Origin: Chrysomallon squamiferum
Taxonomy: Eukaryota > Animalia > Mollusca
DNA length: 64,000 bases
Reading direction: 5' to 3'
NCBI GenBank assembly: GCA_012295275.1
Contig: CM022679.1
Location: 13,082,001-13,146,000 of the forward strand
Shown: one piece after another, positions 41,670 to 56,400 of the stretch
Layout of the letters: each line of letters starts with the position of its first letter
Numbering within the stretch: position 1 is the stretch's first letter
Program-made: the position numbers and the translations under genes
The notes under the pieces: generated by a model
What the model was told of the DNA's origin: nothing
Seen by the model: only the letters and a program-made list of their open reading frames with translations
The model's database searches: none

Positions 41670-43629
41670 ATACGCGCGTGCGAACGTAAGACAAAAAATA
41701 AATTTTAGAAGCTGTTTTTAGTATTGCATTCTCATCATCTTCATCACCACCATCACCATTAGTGTTATCAGTACGATATGATATGAAGAGATATATGTAG
41801 CAATCCTTTTACATTTTTCTTTCTGGATATCTTAGAAGATATTAAATCATCATTATATATGTATAGAATTTTATTTTAAAAGCATAACAATAAATTTAAA
41901 AAGAAATAATAAATACGTAACAGCAACCACAACAACATTAATAATTCTGTACAATTACAGTGATTATTAACTTTTTAAAGTATTTTTTTTTTCTTTTCAA
42001 TTATTTTCAATTATATTTCGCACATACGTTAGAAATTAGTCTCGGACAAGATTCAGGACAGCGCTAGATCAGACGTTTACATTTCGTAGTCAAGCTTTTG
42101 TTACTGGCACATAAACCACGAACGTTGAGATCCCGTTACCGAAAGATGCGTCCACTGCGAAACCAAAGAGCCCGCCACGTGGCTTCGTTCTACCCTCAGT
42201 AGAAACTTAACCGTCTCCGGCTGTGTGATTTAACAACACGGGTCTCCGCTTGAGGCCGATTTAACACGGACAGATTACGAAATCCGAACAGTCAGTGATA
42301 CAAGATGTTGAAACCGCAATGCTGCAGTTACTCGCGAACACGTGAATCGAGTAGATGCAGAATTAGTCAGCTGACTGGAACTGTCTGTAACTGTCTGTTT
42401 AGTAATATCGCCTAATAACTTACGAGGTTTTAGAGTTTTATTTGCATTGTGATGTATTATATAGAATTTTTCTGTTCCATCAGATGTGAGCGTAAATTTA
42501 ATCGGAGCTATTAGTTTGGTAAAATAAGTTTAAATTTGGCATTTTCCGTACTGGTGCTCCCCCCCCCTCTTAATCCATGAAATGGAGGGTCAACGGCATT
42601 TTTAAACTAAAATTGTTTCTGCAGTAATTTACCAAATTAGAAATGAATTTTATTTCGCATGCCAGAACCTCATATATAACATTAACAGTCGCAAAAAAAA
42701 AAAATCGCCAAATGTTTTTTATACTAAACATGATGTAATTACGTACGAAGTTTTCTGTGAAATGAAATATCTAAAAAGCTCTGTTATCTGTTTTCTGTAC
42801 GTTTATAAAGCAATTAAACAAACCCACGCATTATACCTACCTGTCGCCCTACCTAAGTACTGTATCATACTTCTTTAACCTTTTTCAAAACGAAACTTTA
42901 AATTGTAATGTGATACATATATATAAGCTTTTCCTGTTAACTGTAACAATCACTTAAACCATTAAACTGTAATCTATACAGATCTCCTTGTTTGATTTTC
43001 TTTTTTTTTTTCTTATCAGATAAACATTTGTCGAAATATCTTCTTACACTTTACATTACAGCATTGACGTGTACTACCATGACTATGATTTTTATTTCTT
43101 TATTAGAATGTGTAAGGTGTTTATTCTTCTTCTTCTCATTATTGTTGTTGTTGTTGTTATTGTTGTTGTTGTTGTTGTTCTTCTTCTTCTTCTTCTTATT
43201 ATTATTATTATTATTTTCAGATGACGCGGAATGAAACTGAACAATAAGCGCTCCGGTAACTGATACAAATGATGGACAGAAAAAGACCAACTGCTTCTAA
43301 ATGTCTTGGTTTGAAAACCCCTAGCCATGTTTTGTATAGGATCTTGAACATCTCTAGCTGAAAAACAGCTTTCTTATTCTTTAGTAACGTTCACTGAGAA
43401 AGTATAGACACTAAATAAAAAATTAAAAAATACAAATAAAAACAATATAAATAAATAATGCTCGCTAACAGAACCTTGAATAGCATGCGTAATATAATTA
43501 AGGAATGTAAAGTGATTTCGCATTAAGGAATGTAAAGTGATTTCGCACTAAATTATATACGAAGAAAGACTCACGAATATTCCGTGTAAAGTAACAGCGA
43601 TATTCATATTACAAATTGTTGTTTGTAAA

Positions 43630-44628
43630 ATGTCTTTGTCAGACACGACGATGTGGTTCAATAGTAACTCTTTAGTGAACGAAACAACAGGAGAAGACAA
43701 CTCTGATCCTATCAGTATTTCCCAAACTTTGCTCATCATAGTCAACTTTTTTATGATGATCTTTATCTGCGTTGGAAATCTTTTCACCATCTTGGCTGTC
43801 TGGAAAACGCCGTCGCTAAGAACTGTACCCAACATGTACGTCGTATCTCTGGCCGTGGCTGACTTTCTCACCGGATTAATCATACCGTACTACGCTTTAT
43901 CGTTGTACCCGCCATTACAAAAGGAGCTGGACAAGCGAAAGTATTTATGTCTGTTCCGCTACGTCTGGTTCCACGTGTTCGTCGCCAAGTCGATAGGAAG
44001 CATGGTTGCGATTTCCTTCGACCGGTTTCTTTTCATCCGCTACCCGTTGCACTACAGAACTATGACGAGCCCAGCCAAAGCCGGAAGCGTCATTGCTGTC
44101 ATTTGGATTTTGTCCTTGTTGCTGGGATTCGTTCCGCTGTTCCACAACCACTGGTCAGAAAGCGGCGGGTGTTACTCCTTCAAGATCCTCACCCCAGAGT
44201 ACAGAGTGTACGGTCTCTGTCCGGCTTTCTTCATCTGTTGTTTGCTAACGGCTGGATTTTACATTTACATTGTCAAGAAAGCGATGAAGCACCAACGAAG
44301 GAACAGAGAACGCAAACAGTCTCAAAGCAGCGGTGCTCTTCTGAACACGAGCAACGACTGGAAGTCCATTAAAGTGTTCATTCTAGTGTTCGGTGTATTT
44401 TTCGTGTGCTGGGTTCCAAATTTTACTCTCTTAGTCGTTTGCTACATATGGAATGTAAATCCAAAAATTATCCGTTTTACTGTCATCTTGGGATTTCTGA
44501 ATTCGGGGATGAATTTCATAATTTACGCGTGTCAGAACCAAAATTTCAGACAAGCCTTTAAATCTTTTGTAGGAATACGGAGGCAACAGACTGTGACCAC
44601 TTCGATTTCGCGAACAACACGGAATTAA
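43630..44628 (+). CDS. Class A orphan GPCR, cluster gene 3, 332 aa
   Basis: GN, LAVADF, CLFRY, DRF, CWVP, NSGMNFIIY, FRQAF; putative 5'UTR intron acceptor at ~43220. Confidence 0.95.
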   Translation: MSLSDTTMWFNSNSLVNETTGEDNSDPISISQTLLIIVNFFMMIFICVGNLFTILAVWKTPSLRTVPNMYVVSLAVADFLTGLIIPYYALSLYPPLQKELDKRKYLCLFRYVWFHVFVAKSIGSMVAISFDRFLFIRYPLHYRTMTSPAKAGSVIAVIWILSLLLGFVPLFHNHWSESGGCYSFKILTPEYRVYGLCPAFFICCLLTAGFYIYIVKKAMKHQRRNRERKQSQSSGALLNTSNDWKSIKVFILVFGVFFVCWVPNFTLLVVCYIWNVNPKIIRFTVILGFLNSGMNFIIYACQNQNFRQAFKSFVGIRRQQTVTTSISRTTRN

Positions 44629-44812
44629 CGTACATCTGCATTTGTGATATTAAATGGAACAAAAGACGTATAGAAATAAAACTTTGGAAACATTATTCTT
44701 TTAAAAATATCCTAACCAAATAAAACGAAACAAAAATACCTTTAAGCAAACGAGTCGAACCACTGTGGTGACAAATACGGAATATTCTCTCATAACGATT
44801 AACCTGAAATTA

Positions 44813-44879
<67 letters not shown>

Positions 44880-44963
44880 TACATACATACATACATACAT
44901 ACATATGAATATACTTATTAAGAAAAAAGTCTTATTTAAATTAGGATAATAAAAAAGAAGAAG

Positions 44964-45049
<86 letters not shown>

Positions 45050-45780
45050 TTTAATTGTGGCTGTTACACAAGTATGATGATAAATTAGCAAAAAATGTAT
45101 TTATATATTTATTTATTTATTTATTTAATGCCTTTTCTTTTCTTTTATTTCTTTAAAAAAAATCTTTTCGAATCAAGGAAAGAGACTAAAGTAATAATAT
45201 ACTTTATGGACATATTGACAGTTCAGTGTTTAACAAAATAATAATAAATAAAAATAAGTAAATAAAAAAAAAAAAAGAAAGATTTTGCTGTTATTAATTT
45301 TTGTTGTTGTTTTACGGCATTTTGCAGAAAATTCCAAAAATATTAACTCCTAAAAATCGTTATTATGTAAACATTTTTAATACCTTAATAATGATATAAG
45401 CCTTTAGAAATAAATCAGAACAGATACATGTTAAATATAAACAGAGACAGCATCAACGAAAATAAATCATATTTTATACTTGGTCTTCGTCTTTCATCGG
45501 AAACTAACAACAACTAAAGAAATGGTGTATTTCGCAGACACATCGGGGAAGCGATTAGTGAAATACCTGGAATGAACACCGAGAGCAGAACAGCTGAAGT
45601 TAAACTATATAAGTTCTAAACACAACACACAACGGAAAAAAATCATTTGTTTGACGAGCTGAAACGTGGTTCACTGTAACATCAAGCTGGAAACAAGACA
45701 TCTTGGAATGGCTGTGAATGTCGTGTATCTCCGTTATGAAGATAAACTATCCTTTAAGCAATTCAGCAGAAATCCAGTAA

Positions 45781-45889
<109 letters not shown>

Positions 45890-46962
45890 TATGTATGTGT
45901 GTGTATATCTATCTTTCTGTCTCTCTGACGCAGACCCACACACTCACTGAGACGTGCACATATAAACATACTTAGAGACAGACAGAGAAGGGAAAAGTGA
46001 GTGAGGTAGAGAGAGAGAAAGAGAGAGCTTTCTTATAATATATATTTAAATTACATAATAATTATCTACAGGAGTGTTTTTATTATTTAGGTTATACATC
46101 TAAAAAATTTGTTTTAAATGTTATCGTTATACGTCCTTTGACATCTAATTACAACGGATTCCTATCTCAAACTGCAACCCGTCTCACTGAACAGAGAATT
46201 CGGATTCAGTGTTTTTCGTAGAAACAATAATAATAATAATAATAATAACAACAATAATAAATAATAAATAAATATATTTAAGAAATTTTTTTTTTTTTTT
46301 TTTTTTAAATTTACGAATTTATGAACTATTTTCTTTATTTACAAGTAAAAAAAAACAAAAATCACCCACTTTAAAAAAAAAAAAAAAAACTGTTACACCG
46401 CTATTACGCTCATGATTACCTGACAGAGTCCTACTTTTCAAATTCCTTACCTCCTGACTCTTTGCCAGATATTTTAGTTTTTATTACACACAGGAGGTGC
46501 GTATATATACACGCTAAACAGCCTCGGTGTTGAATTAGTTCGCCTGTCTACGGTAAACCAATAAGAAGACATCTTGTAAAATAAAACCTGTATGAGCTGA
46601 GTGGAAGAGATATTTCAGATCCCCTCACAACTCAAGGCGAATCGCTTAAATCTTTCCTATACTTGTGAAGATCACGTCTTAAAAAAATAGTAAAATTAAA
46701 TTAAAAAGAAATAACGAAGAAGAAGAAGAAGAAGAAGAAGAAGAAGAAGAAGAAAGAAGATTAAATGGATTTATAACTGGCTGAAGAAGAATCAGGGAGA
46801 TAATAAGGAAACCACATATTTTTTAGAGCTTTTGCAATTATGTAAGTACATGTATATATTCGTAATTGTGTTTAATTAAATGGATCTGAGCCAATGTCGA
46901 GCAAATATTCTAACATATATACTAACAAATCCATAATCACAAATAATAACATATTAACAGAG

Positions 46963-47020
<58 letters not shown>

Positions 47021-47624
47021 TATATATACACACACACATATTATGTATACATTATTAAAGGATATAATTACGAATTTTCTAAAATATATAATAATTAACC
47101 AACAATTTTATATATGTAATACTATATTACATCGTTATTTCATATCATTTCATTTCTTTTCATTTTATTTTATTTTATTTTATTTTATTTTATTTTATTT
47201 TATTTTATTTTATTTTATTTTATTTTGTTTTGTTTTATTTTATTTTATTTCATTTCATTTTATTTCACTTTATTTTATTTCAAACTCGTATAAAATAAAA
47301 ATTACGCTATTTTTGCCATTTGTAACATTGTATTGCTTCTATTCTGGGGAAGAGCCAAGTTAAACAAAAAGGAAAAAAAAAATTCATTGTCTTACTTTCT
47401 TGGAGAGAAAAATCCTGTGAAACTAGGCATAAAGATTAACTGTCTAGTGTTGATGATAGCAGGGAGATATTTTCAACATAAAGATGATGAATGTTAAGAA
47501 CTGCTTTGATAGTACCATATTTTATCTCTGAAACACAAACTCAGCAAAACTTTAGATTACAAAATACCATAAATATCACTCAGTTTCATTATCATGCAAA
47601 CAAAATATTTTGGGTAATAATAAT

Positions 47625-48005
47625 AACACATATTTTACAGACATAACACAGCTTTGATATCAGATATGCATCATGTTATATAACATAGCCTTCTTATCAG
47701 ATATACATAATTATATAGCCATAGCACAGCGTTAGTAATAAATACCTATTATCTTACAGATATAATGTAGCTTTGGTAACAAATATTATATTATCTTACA
47801 GACATAACTCAGCTTTGGTAACAAATATTATATCAAATTCAACACATAACGTAGCTTTGATATCATATGTACATTATATTATAGACATAACATTGCTTTG
47901 ATGTAAGATATATTATCATCCAAACATAGCATACATTTGATATCCCTTTTACGTTATATTACAGAAATAACACAACTTTGATAACAAAGTTTATCTTACA
48001 GATAT
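47625..48005. repeat. Degenerate ~40-bp minisatellite, about 9 copies
   Basis: Recurring tatcttacagacataacacagctttg(g/a)ta. Confidence 0.8.
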
Positions 48006-48383
48006 ACGTTTTTCATCATGTGAAATTTTAATTTATTTCAGATAATTCATCTGGTTAACAAGATGAACTCGAATCACTTCTTTCACAGGCTAACATAAGT
48101 GTTATTTCTAAATACAGTTCGTATTTTTATGTGCAGTGTAATAGTTTTATCAAGAATCTGAGAATCATTTTCTGAAAACGTTAGTTTCTGAAAATGCAGA
48201 TTTTGATTTTTCTGGAAGTTCAACGTGCAATACATATACAAACCAAAAAATATATACATAAATAAAAGAAAATTAAAAAATAATAATTAAAAGAACGAAA
48301 GCTTCAAATGTTTGTGAAGAATCAATAAAATAAAAAAATAAAAATAAAAAAAAGTATTTTGGGGATTTAAAGTTTGTAGTAAA

Positions 48384-49355
48384 ATGACATTGTTGGTGAC
48401 AGTAGTTCTGCCAAACAGTTCTTCAGTGAACGAAACAACAAGGGTAGACAACTCTAATCCGATTAGTCTTTCTCAGGTTATACTTATAATAGTCAACCTT
48501 CTAGTGATGATCTTTATCTGCTTTGGAAATCTTTTGACCATCTTGGCTGTCTGGAGAACGCCGTCGCTAAGAACTGTACCCAACATGTACGTCGTATCTC
48601 TGGCCGTGGCCGACTTTCTCAACGGATTAATCATACCGTACTACGACCTGTCTCTGTACCCACCATTCCAGGGGGAGCTGGACAAACGAAAATATTTGTG
48701 TCTGTTCCGTTACGTCTGGTTTGATGTTTTTGTCGCCGAATCAATAGGAAGTATGGTTGCGATTTCCTTCGACCGATTTCTTTTCATCCGCTACCCGCTG
48801 CATTATGGGATCATCACCAGTCCAGCAAAGGCGGGAAGCATCATTGCTTTCATTTGGAGCTTGTCTTTATTCATTGGATTTGTTCCGTTGTTTAACAACA
48901 ACTGGTCGCAGAGTTCGGGATGTTATTCGTTCGAGATATTAACACCAGAATACAGAGTATACGCTCTTAGTCCGGCGTTTTTCACCTGTTGTCTTCTAAC
49001 GGCTGGATTTTATATTTACATTGTGAAAAAAGCAGTGAAGCAACAACGAAAGAACAGAGAAAGGAAAAAGCTTCAAAACAGCAGTGCTCTCTTAGACACA
49101 AGCAACGACTGGAAATCTTTTAAGGTGTTCATTCTTGTATTTGGAGTATTTTTCGTGTGCTGGGTGCCCAATTTTACTATCCTAATCCTGGGATATATAT
49201 GGCCTATAAACCGTAAAATTATTAAATTTACTGTTATCTTAGGGTTTTTGAATTCGGGAATGAATTTCGTAATTTATGCGTGTCAGAACAAACATTTTAG
49301 ACAAGCCTTTAAATCATTTTTGGGACTGGAAAGGACACAGTGTAGGGGCATTTAA
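48384..49355 (+). CDS. Class A orphan GPCR, cluster gene 4, 323 aa (close paralogue of gene 3)
   Basis: GN, LAVADF, CLFRY, DRF, CWVP, NSGMNFVIY. Confidence 0.95.
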   Translation: MTLLVTVVLPNSSSVNETTRVDNSNPISLSQVILIIVNLLVMIFICFGNLLTILAVWRTPSLRTVPNMYVVSLAVADFLNGLIIPYYDLSLYPPFQGELDKRKYLCLFRYVWFDVFVAESIGSMVAISFDRFLFIRYPLHYGIITSPAKAGSIIAFIWSLSLFIGFVPLFNNNWSQSSGCYSFEILTPEYRVYALSPAFFTCCLLTAGFYIYIVKKAVKQQRKNRERKKLQNSSALLDTSNDWKSFKVFILVFGVFFVCWVPNFTILILGYIWPINRKIIKFTVILGFLNSGMNFVIYACQNKHFRQAFKSFLGLERTQCRGI

Positions 49356-49508
49356 GATTCTGAAACACGAGACTGATTTAGACCGGTGTGTATCACCACG
49401 TGGTACAAGGATAAACAACCTGCGAACTTTAGTTATTTTGCTGTTTAGGTCTATACACAGATTATACTGATTATTTTCTTACAGTTTTGGTAGTTTTAAT
49501 ATAGAAAA

Positions 49509-49548
<40 letters not shown>

Positions 49549-50506
49549 ACGCTCATTTTGGTTTGTTAAATCAAGCAATTCTTCCTTCCCATTGATTGCG
49601 TTGCAAATTACGATGACCCGACCGCACCAACATTCTTTTTTATTTTAATTTGTTGTAACTCAAGGGAGATAAGTCCCAATGCTTACTTAAATAAAAGCAA
49701 AATAATATTAAAAAGAGTACAGTCGGCAACAATACGAAGGGAATGGAATATATATATATATATATGAGATAAGCGAATATACATCTATATTAAAAAATAC
49801 CGTTTTTATGGTTGTTGTTGAAGGAGATTTCATATCTTGCAATGTTCACTTTTTTGAATGAATGTCGGTTTCAGAATGATATCTTTCCAAATTAAAAAAA
49901 CCCAACAACAACAACAACCGGAAAACACACATTAATATAAATTTTTGGACAAAAACCATTCTAAATCATTATTCGATATGTCGAGATATGTTTTCATCAT
50001 ATTATTGATATTGTAAATAGAGTAAGTGGCCGTAAGTTGTGTTATTAAATGGTGGAGTGAGACCCAAGCTTTTTTTTTTTTTTTTTTTTTTTTTTAATTA
50101 TTTTAAATACACTGCGAGTTATTTCCCTTTAAAACAAAAAACTGTCAAAGAGACTTGTATGACAAGTCGTTTTGATTTTGGTTAATTTACACCATTTGTT
50201 TCCAGGTTTTTAACGATACACGTTTATTATTTAGATTCTTGTTGTTATGTAATAAACAATGTATAATACAATCGCGTTCTGTAATGAATCTAAGAAATAA
50301 ATAATTATGTAAAAAGACTATATCTTATTAGCCGATTTTCAGGACTTCGGGAACGCAGTTTCATGTGAAACAGAACTAAATAATATTTGTAAGTAATATT
50401 TTTGTTAAGTTCATGCTGACATTATAATACTGTAATAAATCATTCTGAAGACAAAATTATACGTTTTTCAGTTGAATAAATGTCATATACAGTGTTTAAC
50501 TTTTTT

Positions 50507-50541
<35 letters not shown>

Positions 50542-51433
50542 CATTCGGTTTTTACCCCCTACCCCCACTCTGTTTATTTGAAAATAAATATAACTGTTAA
50601 ATAACTAATTTGTATTTTAAATTTATAAATACGTAGATCATTAGATGTGAATCAGTGTGCTCAAAACGTTGCAGAAAAGTTTAAAAAAAAAAAAAAAAAT
50701 TTTAATATAAATATTAGGTATCTTTCAGTCTAATCTTTAATTTCTTTTAATTTATATATTTGCCTTTCTGATAATGAAAACACTATATATAGCGCCAGTA
50801 CATTCAAGATGATAAAGCATTCTGAAAAAGAGATGTACGAACTAATTTACAGTGAATATCCAAAGAAAAGAAAAGTCTCAAAGCAGCTATGCTGTTTTAT
50901 TTTGCATACGTAACTAGATCCTATTTCATCATTAAATAAAAGGTCTAGAAGAATTCTCAAATTTTTGTTTTATTGCATTCTGAATTTTGTGAAAGTTCAA
51001 AGAGTGACAAGTATTTGCTTTTTCTTTTTCTTTTTTCTTCTTGTAGAAATACCTTTATAAACTTTATATGTATGTGTGTGTGTGTGTGTTGTATATATTG
51101 ATTAATAGTACTGTTTATGCCATCGTTTCAGATAATTCAAATGGTAAGTAACTGAACAAGAATCACTTCTTTGACAGATTCATGCTAAATAATAAGAAGA
51201 AAGAGCGTTATTTCGAAATATAGTTCCTACACGTTGAGTTCAGTGGTCTGAGAAAGAATGTAAACATCTTTTGATGAAAGTAGCTTTATCCTTCTGCTAG
51301 GTAGAGTTGGATTTATCCGGGAAATACAGTGTTCCCTATAAATAAACGAAACACTTGTATATTTGTTTCAATAAACAATAATACTTTTTATTTAATATTT
51401 ATTTTATTTTATTTTTTTTTTATTTTTTTATTG

Positions 51434-51488
<55 letters not shown>

Positions 51489-51590
51489 TTAATTTTGTGC
51501 TTTAAAACGAACAGAAAATAACTCTAACAACTACCAGTCTTTAAATTTTCTTTTTTATTATTCTTTTTAATTAATTAATTAATTTATTTA

Positions 51591-51661
<71 letters not shown>

Positions 51662-52031
51662 GTTATTATTATTATTATTATTAATTTGATCATTATTATC
51701 ATTATTATTATTATTATTATTTTATTATTATTACTATATAAATAAACATTTTTCTCTCACACCACAAACAAATTTAATTCGTTTCAGATCATTTCTGTGA
51801 ACGAGTTTTTCTTCTAAATACGTCAGCTGGATGGATTTTGAGCATCATTTGCCGAAAACCGCTTCATTGTACCCCTGACAAGCTTGAGTTTATTTCGGAG
51901 GTGCAGCGAAACAATTTAAAATAATAATAATCTTTCAAAAAATAATTAAGAATTTCAGTACCTTAAACTAATCCACTCTCCCCGAGAAAGCAAAAATTAT
52001 AACTTCTGTGTCTTCAAAATTTGTAATAAAA

Positions 52032-52991
52032 ATGTCTTTGTCAGTCACAACACTTGCGTCGAATAATTCTTGTCTGAACGAAACCTTTGGAGTCGACAAA
52101 CATGATACGATCAGCGCTTCTAGCATTTTCCTTATCATAGTCTACGTTCTAGTGATGTTGTTTGTCTTATCCGGAAATTTTTTAACCATCTTGGCTGTCT
52201 GGAAAACGCCGTCACTCAGAACTGTACCCAACATGTACGTCGTATCTCTAGCTGTGGCCGACTTTGGCATGGGATTAATACTGCCCTATTACGCTGTAAC
52301 GTTGTATTCACCAATCCGAAAGGAATTAGATAAACGAAAATATATATGTTTGTTCCGTTTGGCACTTTTTCACCTGTTTGTCGCCAATTCAATTGGAATG
52401 ATGGTTGCAATTGCCTACGACAGATTCCTCTGTATACGATACCCAACGCATTACCGTATGCACTCGTCTAAAGCTAAAGCGGGATACATCATTACTTTCA
52501 TTTGGATTTTGTCTTTAATCATAGGAGTCGTCCCATTATTTCATAACAGATGGACAAAAAAATCAGGATGTAAATCGTTCGAGGTCCTTACCCGCGAATA
52601 TAGATTATACGGTCTTTGTTCCGCTTTCTTTATCTGTTGTATTCTAGCAGCTGCATTTTACATTTACATTATAATTGCAGCTGTGAAATTCAAACGAAGG
52701 CATAGTTCAATCAGATTTTCTGTAAGCAGCGATGATACGTTAAGAGGCGATAAATGGAAAACTTTGAAGATGTTCTTTCTTGTATTAGGAGTATTTTTCG
52801 TGTGCTGGGTGCCAAATTTTACCCTCCTGATCCTGGGATACATATGGCACATAAATACAGATGTTATTCGTTTTACAGTCATCTTGGGATTTGTGAATTC
52901 GGGGATGAATTTCATAATTTACGCATGGAAAAACAAACGTTTCAGAGAAGCCTTTGAATCTATTATTATAGGAATGAAGCAGAAAACGTAA
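52032..52991 (+). CDS. Class A orphan GPCR, cluster gene 5, 319 aa
   Basis: First ATG is at 52032 (aaaaATGtctttgtca, same start as gene 3); the ORF track starts at an upstream GTG. Motifs LAVADF, DRF, CWVP, NSGMNFIIY. Confidence 0.94.
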   Translation: MSLSVTTLASNNSCLNETFGVDKHDTISASSIFLIIVYVLVMLFVLSGNFLTILAVWKTPSLRTVPNMYVVSLAVADFGMGLILPYYAVTLYSPIRKELDKRKYICLFRLALFHLFVANSIGMMVAIAYDRFLCIRYPTHYRMHSSKAKAGYIITFIWILSLIIGVVPLFHNRWTKKSGCKSFEVLTREYRLYGLCSAFFICCILAAAFYIYIIIAAVKFKRRHSSIRFSVSSDDTLRGDKWKTLKMFFLVLGVFFVCWVPNFTLLILGYIWHINTDVIRFTVILGFVNSGMNFIIYAWKNKRFREAFESIIIGMKQKT

Positions 52992-53419
52992 TGCACATTG
53001 GTGTTTGATAAACACGGCTCTGTCATCTATAACTGTAAGACATATATGTATGTGAATTTGGAGAAACAGCCTTATTTAAATTAAGATAATGATATAAAGT
53101 AAAAACGTGAATGTGTATGAGATGATGTTTCTGTCTGTGTTGTTGTATGTTTGTGTGTATTTGTGTATGTCTAGGGGTGAGAGGGAGACAGAGATATTTT
53201 AACTAAAACTGTTAGTCATATTGTCCTTTTTTGTTTTTCTTCTGTAAATTACAATCAGTTACAGAGATGGTTTGAAAATAAGTAAATTAATTGTGTGTGT
53301 GTGTGTGTGTGTGTGTGTTTTGTGTGTCTATATATAGAGAAATGTATTTTACATTTCAGCGATTAACCAAGATGCTGCTAATGCTAATCTTTATTGTTGT
53401 TTTCTTTGTCCATTTTTCT

Positions 53420-56400
53420 GTTGTATGGCATTATCAGACAAGGAAAAAACAGAACATATATAATTATTTTTATTATTACATTAATTCCGCTAAACAGGTG
53501 ATTAGAAATATATACAAATCTTACTAAAGATATTAGCCTTTAAAAAGAAATCAGAGCTGTAGATAAAGAGGAAAAAAATATTAACGGAGAGTGCATCAAT
53601 GAAAATAAAGAATATTTTATACATAGTCTTCACCAGAAATGAATAACTTGAGAAATAGTCTATAAACGAATAATAAAAATATCTGGAATGACACCGAGAG
53701 ATAGAACAGCTGATGTTACAAAAGATTCACTCATTTACATATATCTGTTTACTGGAGAAGTTAAATCCAGAGGCATAGCCAGGTTTCAAAATTAATGGAA
53801 GCCAGAACATACAAAAGGCGCCATGAAACGTACACGAATATCTTTTAAACTCATTAGGCATTCTTATTTTGTATTTTAAATCAAAGCACAATTTAAAAAA
53901 AAAAAAAAAAAAAAATGAAACAATAATAACATCGGTGTTTGTTTGTTTTCTGTGTTTGTTTGGGGTTTTTTGTGTTGTTGTTTTTTTTGGGGGGGGGGTT
54001 GCGGTTTCTTTTAATTTTGAATGTAAAATGAAAACAAAACGAAGCAATGTGTAAAATGTATACAGAAGTTTCTTTTGTCTAGGCTTCATTCCAGTAGTGT
54101 CACATCACTAGCCGATTCTTTTTCATGGAGAACAAACATAACTCACTCTATACATGCATTTAATAATAAGATAAAATATATAAGAAACAACAAAATTCGA
54201 CTTTTATCGCATAGAGCTTAATTACTTTTGAAAAGACGCCAGTTTTTAAGAAAGTGTTTTTCCCTTTCTCCCCATCTATCTACGCTGCTGATTACCGCTT
54301 CTTTCACGAGGACATCAGGTTATAAAGAAGATAGCTTGAATTTCCACCCCGGGGTTTACAGAGGCCTCTTTAGTTAATGGGTGGAGAGGGGTTGATTTGC
54401 ACGAAGTTTCACACAGATTAAAAAGTAAAAAAAAAAAAAAACTATAGCAGTTTCATCTTGCTTTTCTCATAATTTGTACCCAAGGCTATCTATAAATCAT
54501 GTTTCCCATTTTACACTAAAATCATATTCGACAGCAGTATGTAACAGGTTTTTAATGTTTAATCTAAACTGCAAAATTCAAATCTCATTAAAAAATAAAA
54601 ATTCAGTATATTTCAAACTGACAATAAGAATCTTATAAAAATAGCTATTGAACGTTAATAAAATTTTGTCCCGGCTCATTTAGTTCATATTACGTCAAAC
54701 GTGGGTGTCATAAAATTACGTTGCAAGAAAAGAACAATGTACATGTTTTTGTCCAGGAGGCAGTTGTCAAAACCCCTCAAACAATTGTGCTATTTTAACT
54801 CGGTTCCCAGGGATAAGTTAAACATTTCCTCGGTATGTACTAGTGTTCAAATACGGATCAGTGTATGATGGAATTATTTAATGTACAGAAATTCTAAGAG
54901 ACGAATTATAGATAGATAATAATAATGTAATACCAGTGCTAGCAGTAGAAGTTGCAGCTATGTTAGAATGGAGCCATGACGTCATCTGAAAATGTTTTGA
55001 TCAGTATCTTCTGGTTTAAAGTTTTAGAAACAGAAAAAGGAATAATTATTTCAGAAAGCTAACAGAGAAAATTACAATTACTTTAATTAGTAAATTATCA
55101 GAAAAAAGGTCGCAAGTGTCACTATACGTTTGTGGTTGTTGTTTTTGTGTTTTTTGTGTTGTTATTTTTTTTTTTTTTTTTTAAGAGTATGATTTTTAAA
55201 ATAAAAAATTGTAATTTTTGAAATAATAGACCAATCATAGAACCATTTAAAAAGCCTTTATTTGTTTTTATTTTATTTTATATATTTATTTATTTATGAT
55301 CATTTTAAGCGCTTTACTGTGTTATAAATAAGAATAAAATCAGACTAACTTTTTTTTTCTTTTTTGTCCTTTTATTTTTTCTTCCTAGTATACCTACTAG
55401 TCGTTATTTACGTAATTTATTATTATATATTTGTAGCAAGCACTAGAGGTACCAGAAACAGTGGATCCTATCTGAGCCACTTTTTCCCTGTGGACATTTC
55501 GGTGTTGATAACAGTTTAGCTGCTGCTGTCTTCCATTAATTTGTTATTGTTGATAAAAATAAACTAGATAGTTATAAACCTATTACATTTCTTAGTTGTC
55601 TTGGAAATCGTTTTACTCCCGTGTTAAATAACAGACCAAAGTTCTATGGTGAAATAAATGATATAGTAATATAAAGTTCATGCAGGATTTAGGTAGGATT
55701 ATCGGACAAATAATTATGTGTTCGCACTGTATGTATTTTAGAACACAGATTCTGAGCCGTATTTACATAAAATCTGTATTCTAGAATTTGCACTGCGCTT
55801 CACAACAGACATGTTCACTTATTATAAAAATTGTCATGAAGGTTATACCTAATGAATCCCAAATCTCTACACTTATCGCGACCTCGATTATAATTAATGA
55901 AAATAAATATTTCTTAAATCAACTAAAGTGTATGACTGTATGCCTATATATCTAAGGAGAATTTCCGAGGCGTTGAAGTGTTTTGGGGCTGGGGGACTGT
56001 TTTGGGTCTGGAGAGTAGTCTGAGTTTTTTATATCGACTTAATAATAACTGTAATAATAATAAAAAGAAAAAACAGTTATGGGCGGCTTTAATAAGATAA
56101 TAGACAGTTTCATTAAATCCAAGTCATTTAGGTTTAGGTGGGGCAAAATTCTTGCATATGCCAGCCTTTTTGTCCCACTGTACTCTCATTAATTAATTGA
56201 TTAATTAATCTGTTTATTTGTTTATTTTCAGAAGATGAGCTACAACATTTCACGTCGTCATCATCAGTTGTAAAAATGAACGTATCAAATCCGAAGGAAA
56301 ATATAACAACAACACACGTCATCAAACCAGAACAAATTGTTTTGATGGTCGTCAATGGGTTGCTAATCATTTTCATTTGCACTGGAAACTCTTTTACCAT

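Noticed and set aside
47625-48005. Regularly spaced repeats as a CRISPR-like array
   Set aside because: Degenerate tandem units without unique spacers, in a eukaryotic context with no cas genes.
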